Assembly (NCBI GenBank): GCA_963749735.1
Contig: CAVVNZ010000003.1
Location: forward strand, 96,300-160,299
Reading direction: 5' to 3'
Source: an uncultured Chloroflexia bacterium
GTDB taxonomy: Bacteria > Chloroflexota > Limnocylindria > Limnocylindrales > CSP1-4
Length of the DNA stretch: 64,000 nt
A program made the position numbers and the translations under genes. Below are positions 1 to 11,037 of the stretch, piece after piece. The notes beneath the pieces were generated by a model. The model was given only the letters and a program-made list of their open reading frames with translations, did not search any database and was not told the DNA's origin. Numbering within the stretch: position 1 is the first letter of the stretch; each line of letters opens with the position of its first letter.

Positions 1-422
1 AAGACGATCGCCGCGATCCTCCCTCCGCGCCCCGGCGACGACAACGTGCTGGCGGGGGCCAGGTCCCGCCGCCCACCGACGGGCCGGGGATCCGCCTCGC
101 GGCGGCTGTCGTCCCGCCACCGACCGATGGCCCGGCTCCGGCCGCAGCCCCCGGCATCGCCGCCCGGCTCGAGTTCGTCGACGTGGCGACCGGCAAGATC
201 CGCTTCGAGCGGGTCATCCACATGGCCGACCACTTCGTCAACGAGCTGCTCCCCTACTTCGACCAGTACGCCCTGAGCCACAGCCTGTGGTCGCCCGACA
301 GCCGGGCGATCCTCCTGCCGCTGGTCAGCGCGGCCGGCCGGGATCAGCTGGTCGTCGTGCCCGCCGACGGCTCGGACGCGCGGGCGATCGCCGACGGCGA
401 CTCGGGCTTCTGGAGCCACTGA
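1..422 (+). CDS. Partial CDS, 3' end only; C-terminal fragment of a TolB-like PD40 beta-propeller repeat protein
   Basis: The reading frame is open from the window edge and carries the PD40-like motif LWSPDSRAIL; stop TGA at 420-422. The track ORF 183..422 is its in-frame tail. No start codon lies inside the window. Confidence 0.45.
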   Translation, partial: DDRRDPPSAPRRRQRAGGGQVPPPTDGPGIRLAAAVVPPPTDGPAPAAAPGIAARLEFVDVATGKIRFERVIHMADHFVNELLPYFDQYALSHSLWSPDSRAILLPLVSAAGRDQLVVVPADGSDARAIADGDSGFWSH

Positions 423-431
423 CCGAGAGCT

Positions 432-3400
432 CAGCTCGCGAGGCCCAGCCTAACGGCGACGGCGGCGGCCTCGGTCCGGCTGGACGACGCCGAGCTTGGC
501 CAGGATGTTCGAGACGTGGACGCCCGCCGTGCTCGAGCTGATGAACAGCGCCTCGCCGATCTGACGGTTCGTCAGGCCCTGGGCGAGCAGGGCGAGGACC
601 TCCCGCTCGCGGACGGTCAGGCCGAACGGGTCGGGCGGTTCGGAGGCCGAGCCGGTCGCGGAGCCGACGACGATCGAAGCCGACGCGAGCCTGACGACGA
701 CGAAGCCGAAGACGACGACGAGCCGGCCGACCCCGACGACGAAGCCGACGCCGAGGCCGACGGACGAGGCCGACGCAGCCGGCGGCCGACCTCCTGCGCC
801 TCCCCCGCCGGACCCAACTCCACCCGCCCTCGACGCGCCAACCCCTCGATCCGTGCCTGGAGCGGCCGCGCGCCGAGCGCGACCACGACCGCGTGGGCCG
901 CGCGGAGGGCGGTCTCGGCCTCGTGCCGGCGTCCGCCCTCGGCCAGGAGCGCCTCGCCCTCGCGGTACCGGGCATACGCAGCGTCGTAGATCTGACGGAA
1001 CGTCTCCCATCGGCCGGCGGCGGCGGCCCAGGCGCCGGGGTCGGAGTGGCCCTCGAGCCGGGTCAGCTCGGCCTCGGCGGTGGTCAGGTCGGCCTCGAGC
1101 CAGCGGACCGTCGGCGATGCCGGATCGGGGAAGCTCGCGACCTCCGCGCGCGATCGCGCCAGGAGCTCGGCCGCCCGTGCCCTCGCCTCGTCGACCTCGG
1201 CGTCGCGCCGTCGGGCCCGGCCGAGCTCGGCGAGATCCGCCTCGGCCTGCATCCCGAACCGGCAGGCGATCGACACCTCCTGGAATCGAGCGTCACTCCC
1301 GAGAGCTGCCGCCACCTCGCGACGAGCCGCCTCGGGATGGTCTTCGAGCAGCTCCAGCTCGGCGCGAACCGTGTCGAGCCAGGCGGCCCAGCGCGGGTCG
1401 TGGAGCGTCGCTCGAAGCGCCAGCCCCTCGTCGAGCAGGAGACGCGCAGCCACGAACTCCCCGCGGAGCGTCGCAAGCCAGCCCGCCGTGGCGCAGTAGA
1501 GCTGGCGGACGATGCCCTCGGGCGCCAGCGTCGCCGCCTCGTCCATGTACCGGTCGGCCTCGCTCCACCGACCGACGGTGACGAGCGCCCAGGCGTGCTC
1601 GAGCACGTACTTCGGGCTGAACGCCCGGACGCCGAGCGCTCGCGCGCGCTCGTCTCCGCGGGCCGCGACCTCGATCGCACCCTCGACGTCGCCCGACTCA
1701 CGGGTCGCGCCCGCCAGGTGGTCGTAGGCACGGCCGAGCTCCCACACGTCGCCGAGCGTCTCCGCGATCGCGATCGCTTCATGCAGATGCCCGATCGCAC
1801 GGACCGGTTCCCCGACATCGCGGAGGGCACCCGCCAGCGTGATGAGGGCATCGGCCTCGGCGAACTCGGGACCGACCTCCCGGGCCGCCGCGACCGCCCG
1901 CTCGGCCGCCGGGACCGCGTTCTCCAGCCCCCGGATGTAGACGTTCCGGGCGTAGCTCGTCAGGGCGATGACCTTGGCCGGCGACATCGGCGCGGACTCG
2001 AGCCGATCCAGCGCCGAGGCCAGCATCTCCGTCGCCAGCTTGACGTCGCCGTACTCCGTCGCCGCCCAGGCGAGCCGCTCCTCGAGCCGCGCCGCCTGCT
2101 CGGGATCGGCGGACCCATCGAGCCGGTCGACGGCCGACCGTGCCAGCTCGAATGATCGACGCGGATGGCCGGCGACCCCGGAAGCCCACGACGCCTCGGA
2201 CAGGACCACCGAGAGATCCGAGCCGACGAGCGCCTCCGCGTCGGGGACCTGCGCCCACAGCTCGATCGTCCGCTCGAACTGGCGCGCGGCATCGGCGAAC
2301 GCACGCTCGGCCATCGCGCCATGCGCCGCGGCGAGCGACGCGACGAGCGCCCGAGGCAGGTCGGCGGCCGCGGTCCAGTGGTAGGCCAGCTCGGCCATCC
2401 GGCTCGCGCCGCCGCCGTCGCTCGTCGGCCCGCGCCGTTCGAGCGCCTGGGCGAGCGCGACGTGGAGTCGGCGTCGCTGGCTCGGGAGCAGCTCGCCGTA
2501 CGACCGCCTCCTGGACGAGGGCGTGGCGGAAGGCGTATCGCTCGGCCGCCGGCGGCGCCTCGACGACCAGGAGCTGGGCCGCGATCGCCTCGCGCAGGGC
2601 GGCTTCGAGCTCGGGCTCGGTCATCCCGGCGACCTCGGCCAGGAGGTCCGGGTCGACCCGCCGACCGGCGGCCGCCGCCGCGTCGAGGACCGACCGCCCG
2701 CCCGGCGACAGCGCCGCGACCCGCACCAGCAGCACCTCCCGGAGCGTCGCCGGCAGGCCGTCGGTCGCCGACTCACCGCCGGCCGCGACGATCTCCTCGG
2801 CGAAGAACGGATTGCCATCCGACCGACCGAGCACGGAGTCGACCAGGCCCGGCGAGGGCGCACTGCCGAGGATCGCCTCGAGCTGGCTGACGACCTCCGC
2901 GCGGTCGAACCGGGTGAGCGCCAGCCGCTCGACCCGCGGGAGTCGCTCCATCTCGGCCAGCCAGGCCAGGAGCGGGTGACCGCGCTGGAGGTCGTCGGTC
3001 CGGATCGTCGCGACGATCGCCAGCCGTTCGGCCCGCAAGTTGCGCGCGAGGAATGCGAGCAGGTCCCGGGTCGACGGATCCGACCAGTGGAGGTCCTCGA
3101 TCACGAGGACGACCGTCGACGACTCGCCCAGCCGCCCGAGCAGGCCGAGGAAGCCCTCGAAGATCCGCGCCTGGAGCCAGTCGCCCGCCTGGAACGGCGA
3201 GGTCTCGGGCTCGGCGCGGTCCGACAGCTCCGGGACGAGCCGGGCGAGCTCGACCGCCGAGGGCCCGAGCGCGTCGGCCAGCTCCTCGGCGGGGACCTGC
3301 CCGACCAGCGACCGGAGCGCCTCGACGATCGGCGCGAACGGCAGCCCGCTCTCGCCGAGCTGGACGCACCCGCCGGCGAGGACGAGCGCAGCCGGGGGAC

Positions 3401-3636
3401 GCGGCGGACCCGTCGGACGCGGCACGCCCCTCGGTCGCGGCAGGCTCCCCGGCCTGGCCACGATCCCGGACCCCCGCCACCAGCTCGGCGACGAGCCGGC
3501 TCTTGCCGATGCCCGCCTCGCCGTCGATCAGCGTCATCGAAGAGTGGCCGTCCGACGCCGCCTCGACCGCCGCCAGCAGCCCGGCCAGCTCGCCCGCGCG
3601 ACCGACGAAGACCGGGCTCGTGACTCGGCGTGCCAT
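432..3636 (-). CDS. LuxR-family large ATP-binding transcriptional regulator (LAL/MalT-like: AAA ATPase, TPR-like helical region, C-terminal LuxR HTH), frameshifted
   Basis: The N-terminus at 3636 has Walker A ([11 protein letters not shown]). The track ORF 1779..3461 carries [12 protein letters not shown] and [11 protein letters not shown] 617..2398 carries AELAYHW plus TPR-like helices. ORF 450..1010 carries the LuxR HTH ([44 protein letters not shown]). The pieces lie in at least four frames. Reconstructing a 1-nt shift near 475 restores the canonical C-terminus [17 protein letters not shown] with stop at 432-434. Confidence 0.75.
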
Positions 3637-3973
3637 CGGGCGATGGTAGCCCGCCCGAGCGCGTCTAAAGACCCCGACGGCCGTGGTGTCCCAAATCTGA
3701 ACATCTGTCGCGCCACGGATACCCCGACCGCCCGATGTGCCGGACCCTCCCCCGCTCCTAGGTTGTCCTCAGCTCGCCGGACCACCGGCGGCAAGGAAGG
3801 ACAGGTGACGCGATGGATCCAACGACACGGATGTTCGTGGTTCAGGTCCGGATGGCCGAGCGCCATCACGAGGCCGAGCTCAGCCGGTTGGCCGGGCGCA
3901 TCCACGACCGGTCGGACCGGCTCGGTTCGAGCCGTCGACTGGACCCCTCGACGTCCACTGGCAAGGAGAAGGC

Positions 3974-4927
3974 ATGACATCGGCGATCAGCACGACCGGT
4001 CTGACCAAGCACTACCCGGGAGTCCAGGCCCTGACGGACCTCGACCTCGAGGTGCCGACCGGCTCGATCTACGGCTTCCTCGGACCCAACGGGGCCGGGA
4101 AGACCACGGCCCTCAAGATCCTGGCCGGCCTCGCCCAGCCGACCAGCGGCACGGCGACCGTCGCCGGTGTCCCGCTCGAGGCCGGTGAGGCCTACAAGCG
4201 AGCGATCGGCTTCCTCGGGCAGGAGCCGCGCTTCTACGACTGGATGTCGGGTCGCGAGACGCTCCGCTACGCGGCGTCGTTCTACCCGTGGGTCCAGGAT
4301 CCGATCGACGCCCGCGTCGACGGCCTCCTCGAGCTCGTCGGGCTGACCGACGCGGCCGAGCGACGGACGCGGACCTACTCCGGCGGGATGCGCCAGCGGC
4401 TCGGGATCGCCCAGGCCCTGGTCGGCCGGCCGTCGGTCCTCCTCCTCGACGAGCCCGTCAGCGCGCTCGACCCGATCGGCCGCAAGGCCGCCTTCGACCT
4501 GCTCGAGCAGCTCAGGCACGAGACCACGATCTTCTACTCCACCCACATCCTCGAGGACGTCGAGCGCGTGAGCGACTACGTGGCGATCCTCGACCACGGC
4601 CGGCTCGTCCGCGCCGCGCCGACCGCCGAGCTCCTCGGCAGCTTCACCCGCGACCAGCTCCGGGTCACCTTCGTCGGGTCCGGGGCGGACGTCGCCGCCG
4701 GTCTCGCAAGCGTCGCCGGGGTCACCTCGGTCGAAGCCGGGACCGCGGACGGCGAGAGCCGGTCCTACGTCCTCACCGTCGCGCCGGACGCGATCGGCGC
4801 CATCCAGCGAGCCGTGCAGGGCTTCGCCGCCACGAACGACCTGCTGGTCACCGAGAACAGCCCCGTCCACCTGGACCTGGAGGATGTCTTCCTCCGCCTG
4901 ATCGACTCGAAGGAGCATGCGGCATGA
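3974..4927 (+). CDS. ABC transporter ATP-binding protein (ABC-2 exporter type)
   Basis: Intact 317-aa ORF with Walker A GPNGAGKTT, the ABC signature YSGGMRQRLGIAQAL, and Walker B LLLDEP. Its stop overlaps the downstream start as ATGA. Confidence 0.92.
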   Translation: MTSAISTTGLTKHYPGVQALTDLDLEVPTGSIYGFLGPNGAGKTTALKILAGLAQPTSGTATVAGVPLEAGEAYKRAIGFLGQEPRFYDWMSGRETLRYAASFYPWVQDPIDARVDGLLELVGLTDAAERRTRTYSGGMRQRLGIAQALVGRPSVLLLDEPVSALDPIGRKAAFDLLEQLRHETTIFYSTHILEDVERVSDYVAILDHGRLVRAAPTAELLGSFTRDQLRVTFVGSGADVAAGLASVAGVTSVEAGTADGESRSYVLTVAPDAIGAIQRAVQGFAATNDLLVTENSPVHLDLEDVFLRLIDSKEHAA

Positions 4928-5751
4928 ACGCCACCCCGATCGTCGCGGAGCGCGTGACGAACCTCTCCCCGGACGCCGGGTCCGCGACCCTGCTGGGCCT
5001 CGACCCCCTCGTCCGCAAGGACTTCCGCGAGTGGGCCCGCGGCAAGCGAGCCTGGGTCACCACCCTCGTCGTCGCCCCGATCCTGGCCCTGACCGCCGCC
5101 AACGGCGCGATCAACCACTGGATCATCGCCAACGTCCCGACCGAGAGCGGGCAGCAGATCAAGCCGATCTCGATGGACCCGACCACCAACTTCCTGGCCG
5201 CGATCGGCACGCAGTTCGTGATCATGGCCGCGATCTTCGCGACGATGAGCCTGATGGCCTCCGAGCGCGAGTCCGGAACGCTGGCCTGGACCGCGTCCAA
5301 GCCGGTCTCGCGGCTCAGCATCTGGGTCTCGAAGTGGATCACCGCCAGCGCGACGCTGTTCGTCGCCGCCGTCCTCGTCCCGGTCGCCGTGACGGTCGTC
5401 GTGACCGTGGCCCTCTACGGCCCGCTCGATCCGGCGCTGGTCGTCGCGACGATCGTCGGCGCTCGAGGCCACCATCGTCCTGTTCACCGCCATCGGGCTG
5501 GCCGTGGGTGCCTACGCCCGGAGCCAGGCCGTGGTGGTGTCGGTCGGGCTGGGCGTCCTGTTCATCCCGTCGATCCTCGGCGGGCATCTGGGCCCCGCTC
5601 AACGACTTCCTGCCGACGTCGATCTTCCCGTGGGTCCTCCAGCTGGGCGCCGGCCAGGTCGGGTCACCGGTGACGCCGGTGGCGTGGCTGGTCTCGATCG
5701 GCCTCGATCGTCGCCGTCGCGGCGCGGAGGATGCAGCGGATGGAGTTCTAG
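4924..5751 (+). CDS. ABC-2 family transporter permease, frameshifted
   Basis: ATG at 4924 overlaps the ATPase stop. Hydrophobic multi-TM sequence continues through three frames (track ORFs 4288..5673, 5504..6106, 4917..5840). The reconstructed C-terminus is ...SIVAVAARRMQRMEF with stop TAG at 5749-5751. Confidence 0.6.
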
Positions 5752-5817
5752 CTCCCGACGGTCCTGGGCAGACGGCGCACCTTCCGAGGTGCGCCGTCTT
5801 TTCGATTCGTGCGGCTC

Positions 5818-6397
5818 CTACGGCTCGGTACAGGGCGTGAAGTTCTCGCCTCCGAACCCGGTGTCTTTCTCGGACAGCTTGGTGATCTTGGCGTTGCCCG
5901 AACCGTCGTCGACGACCTTCCAGACCATCGTGCCGTACCCCCGGTCCCCGCCTCGGGGGACGTCAGCCCAGTTGACGGCGATCGTCATGTCGCTGTTGAG
6001 CGGCCCGGTGGCGACGTTGTTCCAGTCTCGGCCGAGCTCGCTCGGCAGGCCGGGCTGGCCCGACATGCCGCTCCACCAGATGACCTTGTCGAGCTGGCGG
6101 ATGTAGTAGATGCCGTCGTCATCACCCAGCCAGGCGCCCGTCAGGTCGATCTTCGCCGGATCGAACTTCAACGTCCGCTTGGTGCATGGCGCGGCGATCG
6201 CGACCGATGGGGCGACCGACCGAGCCGCCGACGCACCGACCGAGGCGGCCGGCGCACCGTAGGCCGCCGCCGAGGTAGCAGCCAACGGGGTCGGCGCGTT
6301 CGGGCTGGCGGTCCCCGCGGTCGCCGCGGAACTGCTGCCGCAGGCCGCGAGGATCAGGCAAAGCGCGATGGACGGAACGGAGCTGTCGTCGAGTCAT
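5818..6397 (-). CDS. Lipoprotein of unknown function, 1-nt frame disruption near 6375
   Basis: ATG at 6397 is preceded by a GGAGGAGGGA Shine-Dalgarno. After a frameshift the signal reads MTRRQLRSV|PSIALCLILAACGSS with an L-A-A-C lipobox. The 155-aa body (track ORF 5818..6285) follows. Confidence 0.6.
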
Positions 6398-6602
6398 GGG
6401 TCAGGTCCCTCCTCCTGGGCTGGGAAGGTACCCCTCGACCGTCTCGTGGCCGTCGCCAGACAAATGGCGAAGTACCACGCACCACGACTCTGGCTGATGA
6501 GCGCGGCCTTTCCCGGCCGATCCCGGCCGCCGGATCGAGGAGGTCGACCTGCAGGATCGGTGGGTGGGGTTTCACCCGATCGATCGCGACCCTCGCTCAG
6601 CA

Positions 6603-6633
6603 AACTCCTCCTTCGAACATCGGAGGAGGAGTT
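6603..6633 (+). promoter_or_regulatory. Perfect 9-bp-stem hairpin (AACTCCTCC / GGAGGAGTT) that sequesters an SD-like GGAGGAGGAG, followed 9 nt later by a GTG-initiated 10-codon ORF (6641-6673)
   Basis: The inverted repeat was read directly from the sequence. It lies in a ~550-bp gene-poor interval (6398-6954). Confidence 0.3.
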
Positions 6634-6954
6634 GTTATCAGTGGGTGGAGGCCGCTGGTCTACTGGTTCATAAGCGATTGGAAGAACCCAGCCGTCATGG
6701 CCCGGGGACCGAGCCAGGATGCTCAGTCCGCCGGGCGGAGCTTCGACGGCGGCCTACGCGCCAGCCAATCCCGGCCGTATTCCAGGATCCCTTCCGTCTC
6801 GAGAGGGAGGATCTCGTCCATTCCACGGTCGAGCGTCGAGTCATCACGACCGGTTGGTCCTCGAAAGGTCGATTGCTGACCGTGGTAACGTCGGTCCGCG
6901 ACCGCGAGTCGCCACGGATCATCTCCGCACGGCGCGCCACGAAGCGCGAACGCG

Positions 6955-7317
6955 ATGCGTACGAACGACGACGATGACGTCGAGATCCCTGAGATCCTCG
7001 ACTTCAGCGGCTTCAAGCAGGCCAACGGGCCGCTCTTCCCTGACGGGTTCGAGATCGTGATCGACGACGCCGTCGGGTATCAGATTCGACTGATCCCATC
7101 GAACAAGGTCGTCGGCCGGTTCACGTCCACCATGGAGGCCTGGCCGGTCGTGCAGTCCGAGTTGGCCCGTGGGATCCCGGCGCGTTGTCTGGTGCTCGAC
7201 GCGCTGTTCGCGGACGGCGACCGATACAAGGTCACGTCTGGTCGGATCCTCGAGATCACGGCCCAGGACGGGCTCGGTCAGCACTCGGCGCGCCGAGCGA
7301 CCAAGGCGGCGAGCTGA
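6955..7317 (+). CDS. Hypothetical small protein (120 aa, acidic N-terminus)
   Basis: ATG is the only start after the in-frame stop at 6886. The sequence has a globular-looking hydrophobic periodicity. The RBS is weak. Confidence 0.4.
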   Translation: MRTNDDDDVEIPEILDFSGFKQANGPLFPDGFEIVIDDAVGYQIRLIPSNKVVGRFTSTMEAWPVVQSELARGIPARCLVLDALFADGDRYKVTSGRILEITAQDGLGQHSARRATKAAS

Positions 7318-7397
7318 CTTCGGCATGTTGGCGGGCGCGACCGCACCCGAGGGCCCGATCGCGCCCCCGTTCGCCGCTTCGACACCCGGTACGTGCC

Positions 7398-9152
7398 TCA
7401 CGACGACATCTTGCCGAGTCGTCGTGACAGCTCAGGTGGCGCGATGACGATGAGCTGGGTGGTGGCGCGGGTCAGGCCGACGTAGAGGAGCTGGTCGAGT
7501 CGCTCGCCGGTCTCGGGCAGCTCGCACAGGATGACGACCTCGCGCTCGAGGCCCTTGAACCGGCGGATCGTCTCGAACCGGACGACGTCGCCGGGCTCGT
7601 CGGGGACCTCGTCGGCCGGCAGGCGCAGGGATCGGCCGGCGTCGTCGATCGCGCCGTTCCAGAGGACCTGGTTGCCGAAGGTCCGAGCGCGCCAGACAGC
7701 GCTGTCGGCCGCGGACCGACCGGAAAGCACCACCATCTCCCACGGCCGGACCCCTTCCTCGACCGTCAGGCGATGGAGCTCGAGGCGTACGGCCTCGACC
7801 GTGGCGTCGCCGGGTGCCGCCACGATCAATCGCGGCGCGTGACCGCCCGGTGCGAGGGCGAGCGGCTTGCCGGGGCCGTGGTAGAAGCGGGCCGCGAGCT
7901 CGCTCACGGGCGCCGGGCAGCGGTAGTCGTGGAACAGCTCGAGCTGCGGAAGGCCGAGCTCGGCGACGCGGTCGTCACGGAACAGCGCCTGGCCGGGATC
8001 GTGGAAGACCCACAGGACGTCGTGCTCGGGGTCCTCGAGGAGGAACTGGAGTGACTCGAGCCACGCCAGCTCGAAGTCCTGGCCCTCGTCGACGACGATC
8101 GCGTGGAACCGCTCATCCGGGAGCGCGTCGATGGCGGCATACAGCGCTGCCGGCAGCGTCTCGTCCCACCACTCCCGCGGCGGTTCGTCCGGCCTGGCCG
8201 CCAGGACGCCGGCCCGTTCGCCGAGCGTCTCGCACAGGCGGTGGAAGGTCGAGACGTGCAGACGCTCGGCCGTTCCGGGGTCGCGGGCGGTCGCCTCTTC
8301 GACCTCGTGCAGGATCGACGTCGCCAGCGCCTGGTTGAAACAGACGAACAGGGTCCGAAAGCCCTCGCGGGCGAACCTGAGCGCCTTCTCGACGGCGACG
8401 ATCGACTTGCCGCTGCCGGCCGGCCCGATGACCTCCGCCCGTCGCACGTTCCGAGCGAAGTCGAGCGTTCGCCGCTGCTCCTGGGAGGCCCCGATCAGGC
8501 GGGCGCGGTCATCCTCGACATCGTGGCGGAGGAGTCGGTGCAGCGTGACGGTGGGTGCGAGGTAGTCGTCGACCAGCCGCATGCCCGCTCGGTCCCAGCG
8601 AGTGGCCGCGGCTGCCGTCACCGACCCAGTACCCGTACGCCCGGTCAGTGGCCGCTCGGGCAGCCTCGGCGGTCGCGATCGCGTCGGCGTCGAGCACGAT
8701 CTCGCGCGGGGCGTCCGGTCCGAGGAGGGCGTGCCCGCGCGGGAGACTCGCCAGGTCGACCGTCGGAAACGCGACGGCATGACCAGCTCGCGGCTCGTCG
8801 TGCGCCGGCCAATCCGGGAGCGCCATGAGCGCACGCTTCAGGTCGTGCTTGGCGTCCTCCGCCTGCTTGAAGGGCGAACGCCGAAGGTCGTAGCGGACCG
8901 ATCGACCATCGACCGCTCGCGTCTCGGCTGCGGCTCGCCGTCCTTGACCTCGACGACGAGCAGCCCGAGCTCCGGGTGGACGATGACCAGGTCCGCCTCA
9001 CCGTCGTGAGCGGGCCCGCCGGGCCGGGACTTCGCGCACCAGCGGGCGTTCGGGTAGATCCGGTAGTCGGGCGGGAGGGCCGCTCGGAGCGCGTCGTGGA
9101 CGTGCCGTTCGGCGGCCTGTCCGCGCGTCCCCTCCCCTGGTCCCACTCGCAC
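7398..9152 (-). CDS. NERD (nuclease-related domain) plus UvrD/SF1-like helicase fusion protein, frameshifted in the 8560-8900 region
   Basis: GTG at 9152 has a GGAGG Shine-Dalgarno. The NERD motif is GEADLVIVHPELGLLVVEVKDG. The helicase carries Walker A VIGPAGSGKS, Walker B IVVDEGQDF, and C-terminal UvrD_C-like FKGLEREVVIL and YVGLTRATTQLIVI. The middle segment (track ORF 8509..8826) is in a second frame. Confidence 0.75.
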
Positions 9153-9235
9153 CCCCTAGGTGCCTCCACCATAGCGCGGCCGCGTTGGGGTTTCTCGGTG
9201 TGAACGCGACCCGGAGATGCGAGAGACCGACGGGG

Positions 9236-9676
9236 TCAGGTCCGCCCGAACGCCGCCTTCACGTGCGGCCGATAGAGATACCAGAGGACGATGGCAGCGA
9301 CGACCGCCGTGCCCGTCGAGCCGATGATGGCGCCGACGATCTGGCTCGTGAGCGTGCCGCCCAGCAGCGACAGGCCGGCGCCCACGACGCCGGCGATGAT
9401 GCACAGGCTCGCCCAGAGCCTCGTGATCAGCCACGCCCAGTTGTGCCCACCCCAAAGCCCGTACGCGGTCGCCAGCCCGAGGACGCCAACGGCCACGAGG
9501 GCCAGCCCGACGACGGTCATGATCCCGTCGAGGGTGTCTCCGAACCCGTGGTCGCTGAGGAAGCCTCCCGCGATCCCGATATCGCCCAGCCCGGCGAGGA
9601 CATCCGCCACGCCGGTGATCGCGGCCACCACCGCCAGGAAGATCACACCAGTCGGTCGATCCGTCCGAGTCGTCAT
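9236..9676 (-). CDS. Hypothetical integral membrane protein (4 predicted TM helices)
   Basis: Intact 146-aa ORF that is strongly hydrophobic and G/A/V/L/I-rich. Confidence 0.6.
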   Translation of the reverse strand: MTTRTDRPTGVIFLAVVAAITGVADVLAGLGDIGIAGGFLSDHGFGDTLDGIMTVVGLALVAVGVLGLATAYGLWGGHNWAWLITRLWASLCIIAGVVGAGLSLLGGTLTSQIVGAIIGSTGTAVVAAIVLWYLYRPHVKAAFGRT

Positions 9677-9831
9677 TTTCGAGCTCCCTTCTGGACCGGT
9701 CGCTCAGGCGCGATGCCGGTGACACCTAGAGCGTAGGACTCGCGTTCCTGCCGCGCAGGGCACGTTCTGCCAAGTCTCAGTACCTTGTCAGGTGACGCAG
9801 CCACAGTCAGCCGTTCCATGGGGCACCCTGC

Positions 9832-11025
9832 ATGACGTCTCCGCGCGATCCCGCCGAGCGCTCGGCCCAACGTGGACCGAGCGGCGGCAAGCCCGGCCGG
9901 GACGTCACCCCGTCCCCGAAGCAAGACCGTCGCGGGCTCATCGTCGTGGGGACGATCGGCGCACTGGGGCTCATCGTGGCTGCCCTCGCGCTGTACGTCT
10001 CCGCCACCAAGCAAGCGCCGGCGGCGGACTCGGCCTGTCGGACGATCGCCTGGAACGCGGTCCCGACGAGTGACTCCCTCCCCACGGGCTGGACGATCAA
10101 CGGCAGCGGCTTCTACACGGACGGTTACGGCGCCTCGCTGAGCGGCCCTACCCCGTCGGGGACCCCCACGACCGGCCCGGCGATGAACGTCCGGGTCAGC
10201 TGCTACGGCGCCGACGGCCACGTCGTCGTCAAGCGCTCGCACGACTCGGACCTGGCGGTCGGCGGCACCGACGTCCCGTTCGCCGACGTCGGCGACGAGG
10301 CGCTGGCGACCGAGGACTCGACCGGGACGACGACCTCGGTCTACATCCGGCGCGGCCCGCTCGTCGCCTCGATCGCGGCGCAGAACATGACGCCCGACGA
10401 CCTCACCCAGGCCGCCACGGCGGTCGACGACGCGATGGTCGCGGCCGAGGCGAAGGGCCCGACGATCAGCGGGCCGGCGCCGACGCTGGCCCCGGGGTCT
10501 TCGATCGACCTGGGCGCGATCCCGTCCGAGGAGATCCCGTCGGACATCCCCGAGCCGACGCCCACCGAGGCGCACGCCTTCGCCGACCTCGAGGCGATCA
10601 TGCCCAAGTCCGTCGACGGGACGCCGATGTCGGTCCAGAGCACGACGGGGACCGACGTCCTGGCCGGTGACCCCACGAGCGACGACCTCGTCGCGTGGAT
10701 CGGGACGAAGGGCAAGAAGACGGCCGATCTGGAGGTCGCCGAGGCGTTCGACCCGACCTCCTCGGTCGACGCCGACATCACGGCGCTCAAGCTCAACGGC
10801 GTCGCCCCGAACGAGCTCCGCCAGGAGCTGCTCAAGACGTGGCTAGGCGCCAGCGCATCGGGGATCACGACCAAGACGACGTCGGTCGGTGGCAAGACGG
10901 TCCTGGTCATCGACTACGGCGACCAGGGCGCCCTCGACTACGTCTTCGAGCAGGGCGGCGCCGTCGTCATCCTGTCGACCTCCGACCCGGCGCTGGCCGG
11001 CCGCGTGGTGTCGAGCTTCAAGTAG
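9832..11025 (+). CDS. Membrane-anchored extracytoplasmic protein of unknown function
   Basis: Intact 397-aa ORF. A single N-terminal TM (LIVVGTIGALGLIVAALALYV) is followed by a Thr/Ser/Pro-rich ectodomain. Confidence 0.7.
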   Translation: MTSPRDPAERSAQRGPSGGKPGRDVTPSPKQDRRGLIVVGTIGALGLIVAALALYVSATKQAPAADSACRTIAWNAVPTSDSLPTGWTINGSGFYTDGYGASLSGPTPSGTPTTGPAMNVRVSCYGADGHVVVKRSHDSDLAVGGTDVPFADVGDEALATEDSTGTTTSVYIRRGPLVASIAAQNMTPDDLTQAATAVDDAMVAAEAKGPTISGPAPTLAPGSSIDLGAIPSEEIPSDIPEPTPTEAHAFADLEAIMPKSVDGTPMSVQSTTGTDVLAGDPTSDDLVAWIGTKGKKTADLEVAEAFDPTSSVDADITALKLNGVAPNELRQELLKTWLGASASGITTKTTSVGGKTVLVIDYGDQGALDYVFEQGGAVVILSTSDPALAGRVVSSFK

Positions 11026-11037
11026 GGCGCCAGTCGC

